Shown piece after piece: positions 11,845-24,100 of a stretch of DNA of 64,000 nucleotides. Source of the stretch: Dimorphilus gyrociliatus (lineage: Eukaryota > Animalia > Annelida); contig CAJFCJ010000019.1 in NCBI GenBank assembly GCA_904063045.1, positions 1,441,700-1,505,699 on the forward strand. The letters are read 5' to 3'. Below the pieces are notes generated by a model that saw only the letters and a program-made list of their open reading frames with translations, searched no databases and was not told the DNA's origin. Position numbers and translations under genes: made by a program. Every line of letters begins with the position of its first letter. Position 1 is the first letter of the stretch.

Positions 11845-12871
11845 TATTCTTATACTTAAGGATGACAAGTGAAATGCTCAATATAACAGTAAAAGTAGGA
11901 ATGAATTAAAAAACATTTTCTATTACTCCTTTTATGATGGATTATGGATCACGTGAGTCACTTATAAACAGCTATTCCGTGTTATTTTGAATGGCTAATT
12001 ACCGGTGTTAAGTGCTGCTATTGACTTTCTGAATAATGAATATGTATAATAATTTGTAAAAATAAAATGAGAACTTTGTTAAAAGTTGATTTAAATGGAA
12101 GGAAATGAATCTATTAATGACTTAAGTTAAAAAACATTCTTATATATTGTATTTGTATATCACTATTTTTGAAAAAAGCCTACTTTGATAGTAAAGTATA
12201 GATATAAACAGTTTGATACATTTACATAAATATTTATTACTTCTTATTGGGGGTTTTGAAATAATAAAAACGCTGCTAATGCATATCCTTAGAAAGAGCT
12301 ATAAATTTAAAACAACAGTTCTAGTAGTAATAGGAGCGTAACTTTTATCTAGAATTTCTATCTTCTGATGTTTAGCGCATTCATTTACTATTTTCTTCTA
12401 ATTATTTCAATTAATTATCTTGTCCTTCACCCGCATACCATATTTCATTTGCCTTGAAATTTTATATTAGGAAGGGGAAGCCGCTCTTTTGTCTATAATT
12501 TGATGCTGAAATTATTAAAGTTCCTCCCGTTAAAACCTTGAAACTGCTTTAGGCCTAGTTTTTCTTTGTAACTAAACTGGTATATTTCATGCGAATACTT
12601 CGCTTCTTCAAATTTCACTGCTACTTTTATTTCAAAAGTACCTTATTCAATTATAAATTACTGAGTTTATATCACAAATTGCTACATTATTTCATTGCAG
12701 AGTAGAAACTTTAAATATTGTCAATTGATAAAGTAACAGATCTTAACTTTCAAACAAAAGTATCCATCTCGCAAAATCTCGTTTGGAATCACGTATAAGC
12801 ATTATTGTTTATCTTCTGAGGTAGTATTCTTATTGCCTACAAATAGTCATTACCGAGACTGAAAGTTAAAA

Positions 12872-14092
12872 ATGAAATGGAAATCGGCTAAGTATCTATA
12901 TATGCATCCATCGTTCAGCGGTATGGTTGTTGGACTATTATCAGGCATAATTGGTTACAAAACTTTGTGCGCCAAACCTCATATAGAATATGAGGAATTA
13001 CCAGGTAAGCTAAAATACCACAAAGCCTGTTTGTAATTACTCCTTCATGCCAAAATTGCTTTTTAAGATAAAAAGAGAAGGGGTAAGGAAATACTAAAGT
13101 ATGGCATACCAGAAAGACCAGGAGATCTTATGTTCTATAAAAACCACGTGCTGAGCTATAATGCCGCTTCAAGAATTCCATTTTGGGTTGCAGAGCACCT
13201 AACTAAGGATTCCTTATCTGGTATTATTTGACAATCCTGCTTTATTTCTTTATTAGAAATAACATGTTTTATTCGAATAGGTAAAGCTAACAGAAAATTC
13301 TCAGATTTCAAACCTGACCCATCAATTGAAAATTTATTTATGTCTGAAAATTCTGATTACTGGAATAGTGGCTGGTCAAGAGGTCATATGGCACCTGCTG
13401 GCGACAATAAGCATGACCAAGTATATTAATACTTACTAATCTTTATAAAAAGTTCTTATAATATAGATTTTCATTAGGAAGCAATGGATGAATCATTTTT
13501 GTTAACCAATATTGTCCCGCAAGATCTAAGTAACAATGCTGGTTTTTGGAATAGATTGGAAATGTACTGTAGAAAGTTAGTAAAAAATTACGACGACGTA
13601 AGGATATTTTCTGGGCCCGTGATGGTTCCAGAAACAGACCAGGATGGTAATATATACGTAAAATATCGAGTTATTGGAAAGAACCATGTAGCCGTACCAA
13701 CCCATTTGTTTAAAGTGATTGTTGCTGATTCAGCAGATTCCAATCAATTTGTTGCAGCATTCTTAGTACCAAATAAACCTATCACTTTCGAACGAAAATT
13801 GCGGGATTATCAAGTTGATGTGAGCCGAATAGAATCTTTAATTGGGTTTAGACTATTACCCAATTTAAAAGCTAAAAGTATGAAAAATCTGTGCAATAAT
13901 GAAGGATGTAATTTAATTTCCAAAGAGGAATTTGAAAAAATATTTTTGACTAGTCGAATTAAAAACTCCCGAAATATTAAGGATTTGGAAATGCAATGGA
14001 AATCTGCTACAGAACAATTGGATGGAAAACCTTCAAAACATTTAAAAGAAGCCTATAATGAGGCAAAACAGACATTGCAAGCAAGAAATTAG
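12872..14092 (+). CDS. EXOG: Mitochondrial endo/exonuclease EXOG (EndoG-like)
   Basis: Four exons. N-terminal hydrophobic anchor, active-site SGWSRGHMAPAGDNK (SRGH as in EXOG rather than DRGH of EndoG), LTNIVPQDLSNNAGFWNRLEMYCR, and a C-terminal extension after the nuclease core. Confidence 0.93.
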
Positions 14093-14288
14093 ATTACCTA
14101 TCTTATTTTTAGTTTTGTCTCGTAATTACTTTGTTAACTGTTTTGTCTAAAAAGAGTAGAGTTATAAAAGTTATTTAAGTTTTACATTTTTATTAATTAT
14201 ATCAAAAATGCTTTGTGTTGAAATCCAGCTATATTTGTCTTTCAAAACAAGCAAAATCAAGTTCAGAGTATAAAGAAGTCTTCTTATT

Positions 14289-15323
14289 TTATTTCTTACA
14301 ATTACCATTCGGACATTGACTCCTTTCTGGCCCAGCCAAAGGGACATCCCTCTCGTCCCAAACTGTCACACCATCGCAAGCACAAATTCTTTTAGTATTT
14401 TCAAATAAACCTGACGAACGTGCAATAATTCCGCAAACCTGACTAAAAATATTGACAATTTTTAAATTAAATAGTTAGATAGTTGATATTCTGTTTACCG
14501 ATTTTTCGCAGAATCGTGTAAGACTAGTGAACGACCAATGAGGCTATATATAGGGAATTTATCTTTTTCCACTCGAAATTCAAGTCGACCATTATTCGAA
14601 GACTCAGCTTCAACAACTGGGTAAAAGCTTTTTTGATTTTTTTGAAATATATCTCCACAACTAAGAATTAACAGCATTTCTAATTTATTTGTACAATAGA
14701 AAAGAGTATTATTTTTATCATTACCTTTGACACCCTTCGGATAAATCTCCAAGTTCGTGAACAAATAGTTTATGCATTGTTTTTGGTCTTAAACCATCAA
14801 TTGTTCCTTCAATAATACAGCTTTCGTTTTCCATCTGAACCAATCGAGTAACACCTTTACTATTAGCATTTGACATCATACAGACAGCAGCAGAGTTTAT
14901 TTCTGAAAGAATAGAAAAGAATTATATTTAAATAAATAAGAGAGAGAGTAAAGTACTTACTTTTGTCACCAAGACCCTGTAAAACTGCTCTTTTGCCTGT
15001 ACTTTCGATTGTTTGCAACACTTTTGTTGAAGGTAGTGATGAGCTTACAACTAATCGTTGATATTTTAAATCGACACTTAATATGTCTATATTATCTAAC
15101 TTAGAGAGAGCATTTCGAATAGATGTTTCGCAACTTTCACACTTCATTTCAACAACAAATTCCATCTAAAATCAAAATAACTCTTTATCGCTCAGTCATT
15201 TTATATGTCCATTGATTATATAAAATTTTGTGAAATTACTTGTTAAAATTTTTGAATAAACACAAAACAAGTGTTATTTATTGAATATATAATCAAGATA
15301 TTACTTACTGTTGCTTTTGCCAT
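14289..15323 (-). CDS. CCS: Copper chaperone for superoxide dismutase
   Basis: MAKAT|MEFVVEMKCESC (ATX1-like MxCxxC), SOD-like domain II (IEGTIDGL...VHELGDLSEGCQSCG, LIGRSLVL, CGIIARS), domain III KRICACDGVTVWDER (CxC). Confidence 0.93.
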
Positions 15324-15809
15324 GATTCAAAATTTAGAAAAGAACTTAGTCCTGGAAATGCTAGTTGGAGGTCGGCTTATATAATACTGAAAAGAGCAAA
15401 AAGTGAGTGAAATTGTTGTTTATAACAGAAACTTTTTAAAGTCAATTTAAGATATTTCAGTAATTCTATAAAACCGGAAATATTTATATTATTAGGTATG
15501 ACACTATAGAAAGTTACTTTTTTGAATTTGTTATTTTAAATATTCGAGAAGGTGTAGAAATCTTGGCAATTAAACTAATGAAAAAATTAAGATTTTTTAG
15601 TATTCAATATTTACTTGTCGTAATATAAAAGATGAATGATTTTTTTCACGAATTAAATTTGATCAGTTTAGAAAAATGCGAACCTGATTCTAGACGAACC
15701 GTGATATTTTGAAACTATTTCCGGTTCCGTTTTCATTTTACTACAGAAGAATCGAATAATAATTCTTTTCTCTTAGTGAACACAAAAGCCCACAGCTGTT
15801 AACAACGCT

Positions 15810-16544
15810 ATGCGTTATCTTAATTGGTAATAAAAGCAAACCCTTCTTAATTCATATCTGATTTTATTCTCTTGCAGTGTATATACCCTTTTACCCATCT
15901 TTCTCTGTTATCGTTCCGCTAAAGCTGCAGAAAAAGACTTAAATATCGTTTCTGGACCACTCCTCTGTCCCAGTAATTCAGACTGCGAAAAATTAGGAGG
16001 AGAGTGTATTGATTGTAAATTTCCAAAATGCAATTATGGTGAGGTTGTGAGCGTTACTTGTACTGCTAAAAAAAGTGTCAAGTGCAATGGAAATCCAACA
16101 TTTAACAGAACAGGAAATTGTAATTATTGCTTTCAAGAAAATGTCCATTATTGCTCAGCTACTAAAGATTGTGACGTAGTGAAAGCTCCGAAGCAACGAT
16201 ATCGTGCTAATTGCACAGTCAAATCTAACGTAATTTGCAAAGGATCTCGTCTATTTTATAAATATCGCGAATGCAATTGGTCTTTTAGGTGCAAATGGTC
16301 TACAGCTTTAATTCTAAGGTAAATTTCTCCTATACTCTATTTTATATTATGAATGCTAATAATACCAATATTTACCAGTATTACCCTTGGAGGGTTTGGA
16401 GCAGATCGCTTTTACTTGGGTCTCTGGAGAGCAGGAATCGGAAAGCTATTCAGCTTTGGTGGTTTAGGAGTATGGACACTAGTAGACGTCATTTTAATTG
16501 CAACAGAATATGTTAAACCGGCAGATGGATCTTACTATTTATGA
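15810..16544 (+). CDS. TM2D3: TM2 domain-containing protein 3 (almondex orthologue)
   Basis: Three exons. Signal peptide, Cys-rich ectodomain (CEKLGGECIDC...FYKYRECNW), TM2 domain KWSTALILSITLGGFGADRFYLG...GKLFSFGGLGVWTLVD, ends YVKPADGSYYL*. Confidence 0.92.
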
Positions 16545-16930
16545 CAGAATGTACATTCACACTATTGTTTTCTGATGTAGAGAAAAAACGTTCTTAAAAA
16601 CTATTGCATTTTTTGATTTTTTCCGTCTGACTTGAAATGTTAAAACTTTGTACTTTGCTAAAGCTAACAAAAAAAAAAGAAATAAGAAAGAAGCAGACCA
16701 ATGCATTCGTTATTTATTATTGTTAGAACATTTATAAAAACGAAAAGAAACAAGAAAATTATCTATATTAAAGGAAATTGAAAATCTTTACAAAAGCGTT
16801 TTTTAAAACTAAAAGTTAATTTTTAAAGAATTATTTTTACTAATTAAGTAATTAAATACTTTCATATATTTTTTAAATATAACATACATCAGTTTGGAAA
16901 GATTAAAGTCTTTCGTCAAACTAAGATATA

Positions 16931-19900
16931 ATGAAGGATGTACCCTATAAAAAGAGACATGTTTTTATCTTACTTTTAAAAATGATATCGATGGAATACC
17001 AAGGTTAAATCGTAAAATTTTGATGTTATTAGTATTAACTAAACAACCTTCTACATTCCATATATATTTTTTTCAACATATAAATAGTCAAATGTGACAA
17101 ACTAGATAAAATTCTAGGAAATTATGAGATTATTCCATATTTTCCATTACTAGACTGCTATAAAAGTAATAGGATAGCTTGGAATTTTTACGCTTTTGAT
17201 AGGTTTGTATACTTTTTTTAATAGAGATTTTAAATATAAAATATTTGATCATTTTTCCAGGAAATTTCAAATTATCTTATTCCAAAATGAAGAGAATTTC
17301 TCATCTTCTCATGTAGATATTATTATCAGTAGCCAAAATACTAATTCGAATGTTTTTACAACGGATTATCAATCATCTATCAATAGCTATACAGGATTTA
17401 TCGTTGGTTTGTAATCTTATCAGTCATTTTATTATAATTAATAAATAATTTATCTTCCGTTTGTATAGATGACGTCAACTCTAAAGTTGACGGTTTTATT
17501 ATTAATTGCTATTTTGAGGGAAACATAAAAACTTCAAGCGAAATTTATATGATTGAATCGGCTTTAAAATATTTTAATAATTCAAATAATAATACAAACA
17601 AAGCAATTATTTATAAAAAAAGTGAACATCTTACTCTAAATCAAACGTACAATGCAATTTATTATAAATAATTATAGTCCTATATATAAAAAATTAATAT
17701 AATCTATATTAAAGACAGGAAATTTTTAATTCAAAGTTTTGCACTACAAAAGATGTTGATTTAAATGAGTCTGACAGTAAAGTAAAACCATTAGTTTTGT
17801 TTCTACTTTTCTATTCTAATTAGTTAATTAATTAACATTCTTAGAATTCTATTAGAAATCGAAGTAAAAGATATACAACAAAAATTAAGCAAAGAGTTTG
17901 TACACTTGGTATTATAGCTGATCATAAACTATGGCAATATTACAAGCTAAACTTCATGGATGATAGTGTAACTTATAATCGACTTCTAAATTCAATTAAT
18001 CTTATTGTTGAAATGGTCGCTTATTTTTTTATTAATTATTAAATTAATTAATCATATTTTATAATAATAATTTATATAAGACTAGAGATATTTATAGAAC
18101 AACTGAATTTGAAACGTCTGATGGTACGAAAATTTTTGACGGAATAGATTTCGAAATAAGAAAACTTGAGATTATTGATGATTGCTCGAAAGTAACGAAA
18201 AAGTATCAGATTGAATTATGTAAGGAAGATAGGACACCTGACAATATATTAGAAATTATTGGTTCGGAAAGGGATATCTGTATGGAATACTGCGTTGTTT
18301 TCGTCTTTACTCATAGGGTATTCGCTGAAGGTTTACTTGGATATGCTCACGTAGGCCAACTTTCAAGTAAGCTATTTATCAATTAGAGAAATAACTTCAA
18401 CATTGATGATTACTATTCCTGAAGGAGATGGAGGACCTTGTCCAAATTCTGTACGGAAGTTTTTTCCTTAATTAACAAGATATTCTTGTAATTCATTTAT
18501 CTTCGTAGAGATCTGAATATTGTTATAACGTTGGATTGGTAACATCTTTAAATCATTACATCCCAGTAACAAATTACCAGCTGTCTTTAGTTTTGGCTCA
18601 CGAAATAGGTCATATATTCTCATCTGGTGTAATTGTTCAACATTTTCCATTCAATTAAAATTATAAAAATAACTAATTTTAGCACGACGAACGCTATAAA
18701 AATTCAATTTGTACTCCAAATGGCCAAAGTGGACAATATTTAATGTACTCATTCGCGAGGAGTGGTAATAAAGCAAACCATAGAAAGTTTAGTCCGTGCA
18801 GGTTTTATTTTCAAATATTATTTTCTTTTCTGCCCGAAAAAAATAAAATAACGTTTATTTTTACAGTAAAAGAAAAATAGCGGACATGCTAAATTTTATC
18901 TATAATACAAAAAAAGATTGCTTTTTAAGTTAGTATCATCTATCTTCTTATTTTTCACCTTAACGTTATCCAATAACAAGTATATTCCTGTTATTGGAAA
19001 ATAGATTTATATTAGTAGGCCTAGTAGTACTATATCTCTTTTTTACTTTTCTTCCATAGAGAAACATATTGGATTTTGTGGTAATAATATTATTGAATTT
19101 GATAGATTTAAGAACGAAGAATGCGATTGTGGTCTTGCAAGGAGAAATTGTAAATGTTGTAATTATCATAAGGATAGATTTCCTTGTAGATTAAAATATA
19201 GTCCATCGAAAAAGATTGAATGCGAGTAATTATTGAATATATTTTTACACTTAGACTAAAACTTACTTATTAATGATTTCATCGAAATGTAAGCTTATCT
19301 CAAGGCCCTTGCTGCAAGAATTGTATCATTCGAAAAGATGGCTCTTGTCAAAGTGAAACTGAATGTTCTTATTCATCAAATTGCACGTATGAGATTGTAC
19401 GCTTAAGCATTAAATATTTATTAACCCGCACAAAATTTTCGAACCAGGTTAGGTACAGTAAAATGCCCTAAACCAGATCCAAAACCAGATGGTACTTTAT
19501 GTTTATATGGTACAAAATTATGTAGTGACGGTGTAGATAGAAAATAACTTTTATATTTACTCTAATTAGAGGATAAAGAAAAAAAACTATATATTACATA
19601 CAGAGATGTTCAAAGACTGTTTGTGAACGTTTAAAATCTTTTAAAAGTTGCGTAAAAGACGAAAAGACTTATCCAAAGGGAAAATATCCAAAGTATTTTT
19701 GCCTTCTTGCTTGCTCTCGTAAGATAAGGAGATAATTACGTTTAACGATACATTCCTTAATGATAATATTCTCATCTTAATCAGATTTTAAGTCAAATTT
19801 TTGCGTAAACATTGCTGATACGAATTTATCAAATGACAAACTATTTAAGAACTTATTCTCCGATAAAATGTTCTATAATTCATCTATCAATGTAACCTTA

Positions 19901-20798
19901 CCACCTGGCTAGTTTTTATAAAAGATATTAAAGTTATAAAACTTCTATTTAGCATTTATTTAACCTTTTTCTAGGTTCAATTTGCAATGGAGATAAAGGT
20001 TATTGTGATTATTTAAACAATTGTAGAGATTTTCTACTAGACGGACCTTTAAAACAGATAGGAAGGAAATTTTATAACAGTCTTAAAGTTAAGAATTTAA
20101 GGGAATTATTTAAGGTTATATTTATTATTATTTAATTATTTATAGATTATAAATTGATTTAAACCTTTAAATTATTGATTAAGAAATACTATTGGTCCAT
20201 TATATTAATAATTGCTATTGTTATATCATTAAATTTTGCATTTATATACGGATTCGATCCATCTTGTCAATATACTGAAATATGGCTGGTAAGTGCTATA
20301 TACTAATACTTTATTGTTTTATTCGTATTTATATTCTCAACATAATCCACTTCTTTTAGGATTTGTACAAACATGTTAGAGTTAAAAGAGGTTCTCTTTA
20401 AATTTTTTCCCATTACATTCTGAAATTATATATCTACTTTTAAAGCACAAACGAGACAGGATGTAGAGGAGTTAATGTTTAAAGAAATACGCCGGATTCT
20501 ACGTAGGAGGTCGACAGTTCTTAAGGAAAACTTACAAAGTGGTAGAAAAGGATTTTCTGCAATTAACTTACGTCAACCAGTTGATTTTGACGAAATTTCT
20601 TTAAAAGCCGAAGAAAAGACATTTGAAAGACAAGCTCAGAGTACTGATCCTCGTAGAGAAAGACTGTCGGTTATCTTCAAGTCTGGACCTTATTTAACAA
20701 GTGAGAAAACCTTACATGATTCTCAGTCGGATAATGAAAATACGGATAATGAAATTAAGATAAACTTGAATGAGGAAGAAGATAATTTTGCTGATTAA
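16931..20798 (+). CDS. Divergent ADAM10/Kuzbanian-like metalloprotease-disintegrin
   Basis: Many short introns. Prodomain; VFTHRVFAEGLLGYAHVG (ADAM10-like); zinc motif HEIGHIFSSG|HD and Met-turn YLMY; disintegrin CGNNIIE...EECDCG...SQGPCC; Cys-rich domain; TM YYWSIILIIAIVISLNFAFI; cytoplasmic tail ending at 20798. The start codon (16931) is tentative. Confidence 0.85.
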
Positions 20799-21107
20799 TC
20801 TCTTTCCAATATTTGAACTATACGAAAACAGTGGTTTCTTTTTTTTAAACATTTAAGGTTTACTTTATTAATAATAAAAAGCTTAAATGCCAAAAGTCTT
20901 CGTTTAAATTGATATAAATAACAGCTTTTGATACATCTTTCTCAAATATTACTATTTTATTATATGTCTGCTGTATTAATTTCTGTTTTGTTCACAACAT
21001 CTATAAATATAACACGAATACATTTAATTGAATCCAAGAGGAATGACTACCTTATGGAAACAGTAATTTTCTAGATAGGACAGAAATTTACTAAATATAT
21101 TCATTTT

Positions 21108-24100
21108 TTAGCCTTCAAGATTAGTTGAGGTAATCTCTAATATGGCTTCAAATGAAAAGGGAACAAATAAATGACCAGCCCCTTGATAAAATTTTGACTG
21201 AAATTCGATCCAATGCAGACGCAAAGCGTGAAGGAAAGCCGAGAGTCCCTCCATAATTAATAAAACTCCCACGGTAAGCAGTGCAAAGGTTGGAAATATT
21301 GCAGAGAGCATTATTGCTCCAGCATATCCTGGTATCATTGAGAATCCCATTCTCAAAACCATAGACCATAGAACTTCTGATAGTTGAGCATGGGCCAAGG
21401 ATAAAGCCCACAATCGTAGATAGGAAGCGGTGTGGCTTACGCAATTAAGGAAATATTCTATACTGTGGATTGCTTGATGAACAAGAATATCCCCAAGTTC
21501 GAACTGAAGAAATAAAAAAAGGTAATTAGAATTGTTACAGTAATTGAATTGAAATTGAAGGCAAAAGCTTGAAAAAAAAACAACAAATCAGAGATTCAAC
21601 AAACACAATTTTATCATAGATTAACAAACAAGATGAGAACAACTGTGCATATCTATCAGGATAAAAACCAAGGAAAAGCAAAAAAATTTGTCATAAATTC
21701 TCTTTCGACTCTCCAAATACTATTAGAAGTCATATTACATAGGCAAAATAAAACTATTACTTGAAAAAGATGTTGAAAGAGCGTTTATAAATAGCTAGAC
21801 AATCTTGGTTCTATTACAATATACTAGTTGATACATGCAAACTATTCAGTGCAAATAACAAAATATATTTCCTGCTTCCCGAAAGTTTTACTATATCTTT
21901 TTTATAAAAACTTTTTGCTCACTTTAAGAAACAAAGATGAACTTTTATTCTTAAAGCCAATTAGCTTTCTCAAAAGCGACTAGTATAGATGCAAGCTTAA
22001 AAAAAGTAAATTTTCCTATTCTCTATTAAGGAAGCAGAAAAGAAAAACAACAAAAGTTAGGAGAGTATGACAGATTGAAACCAATCGGAGGCATCTATCA
22101 CCTCTTTTTCAACCGTTTCTTCGTTGTTCATCTGCTCGTCATGTTCGCCACTCATTTCAACGTTATCGCCTGTAACTAAATCGCCAGAATTGACGCTTAA
22201 GTGAGCTTGATCTCTCTTTCCTATTCTTCCGCCGGTCCATTGTGAGATTGCTTCTTCAAACTTTTTCAGCCAATTTAAATAAGCAGAACAGGAAAAAGCA
22301 AAAGCATTAAAAATTTTAAACTGTCACTCTGATTCTACATATAAATTTTTTCCGAACTATAAAAAAAGAGATGCACACACAGAATTCTTTTTTTTTTTCT
22401 AAAAAAAATTTAATCTTGCAGGTTCAGAGTGTCAGGTCACCTTTTCTTCTTCTGTCGTATGATTTTCAAGTAATGGAGCGTCAGATTCGTCGTGATGAAT
22501 TAGAGCAGCTTCGTCATCGTCTGTATCGTTGGCTACTGTTCTTGCTACATGGGTAACTGGAGCCCTACGCTTCTGCTTTTATATAATTTAATTTATTATA
22601 AACTTCGATGAGAAATTCTAAACTGATCATCAATACAAGGCTTGTGTGCTATTAATGACCTTTTATCTGACTACTTAGTGGATATATTCTTATTTGAAAT
22701 GTTGGAAAATAAGAAATTAAAACTAGAAATTTACTCACATCAAATTTTCCTTTGTGTTTCATGTAGAGTAAAATTGGTTTCAAACACAAATGCCATGGAA
22801 TGCATAATCCAGCTAAAATAACTAAGAACGACTCTAAGCCTTGCTGTCCAGGATACCAAGGTACGACAGCGCAAAGAGTCTTGTTTTTATCCAACTTCTG
22901 ATATTTAAACATTACCATATTAATTAAGCCAATCAACAATGATGGAGCACATGCAGAGTCCGCTGGTGTAATGTAAATCCATTTGGCCATAATAATACAC
23001 ACCAAATAAAGAAAGATTGCACTTAAGAATAAAACTTGGGGAATAAATTCACAGAAAATATTCAAAGTGTTTCCAAAATATCTATGATTTGAAAGTGATA
23101 ATATTACACCAGAAAACATATGAATAATTCCCAAAATAACTGATGTCTTCATTTTGAAAGTGTTCAAAAATGATATTTTATTTAGCGACATTTGCCAAAC
23201 AGGATCCATTCCATACCAATATGGTGATCCAGACCATTCAGTAGTATTTGGATCTAAAGCTCTAGTGCCTGTACTATTTGTAAAATCATTAACTGTCCAC
23301 CCTGACCCAAATACGTTGACAGATTTTGAAAAGAAGTCGTTATAGACAAATCCAGTGTACATAGAGAAGATACCCATAAGCATAATCATATATCTTCCGC
23401 TAAAAAACATTCCAAACATTTCATCTTCGTGTGCTTTTTTGGCAATAAGCTGTCTTTCGCGCAGAATCATCCAGATGGCAAAACATAGCATTATAAGTCC
23501 ATGGCCAAAGTCTCCAAACATGACAGCAAATAAGAATGGAAAAGTAATTATTGTAAACGGAGCTGGATTAACTTCTCGATAGACAGCCACTCCGTATGCA
23601 TCGACAATTGACTGAAAGCCGCTTGTAAATTTATTTGTTCTGTTGTAAGTTGGAGGACTCTCTCTAGTTGCCATCCTGTTCAAAATACTTGGAACTGAAG
23701 AACCAGATGCTTCTGTTCCTCGTCGTAAACCTAACTGAATTCGATCCAAATCTGCTACAGGACACCAACACTCAGCAATTAAGCATTTCTGAGTTACGTC
23801 CAAATTAAATAGATTTAAAGTCATATAAATAGCTTTGATTTTTCGAACTTTTATCAGCCACGATCTCATATTCTTGGCAGCAGCAACAAGAACTCTATGT
23901 CTATGATCCCTGGTTTGCTGAAGGACTGTGTTCAAATCTTCAATTCTTGTCATTACTCCGATTGCCATCTCTCTTCTTTCAGCAGGTGTTTCGGGACAAG
24001 GATACAAAGTTGCCCGAAATCCCTCGCATATTTTCTTTACTCTTGTCTTCAATTGATCCCCTTGAAAGAAGATGATAAAAACAGATTTATGTACTTGGTC

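Noticed and set aside
12480-12645. About 50 open codons on the minus strand between the iGluR and EXOG
   Set aside because: Weak acceptor, no start codon and no partner exon found.
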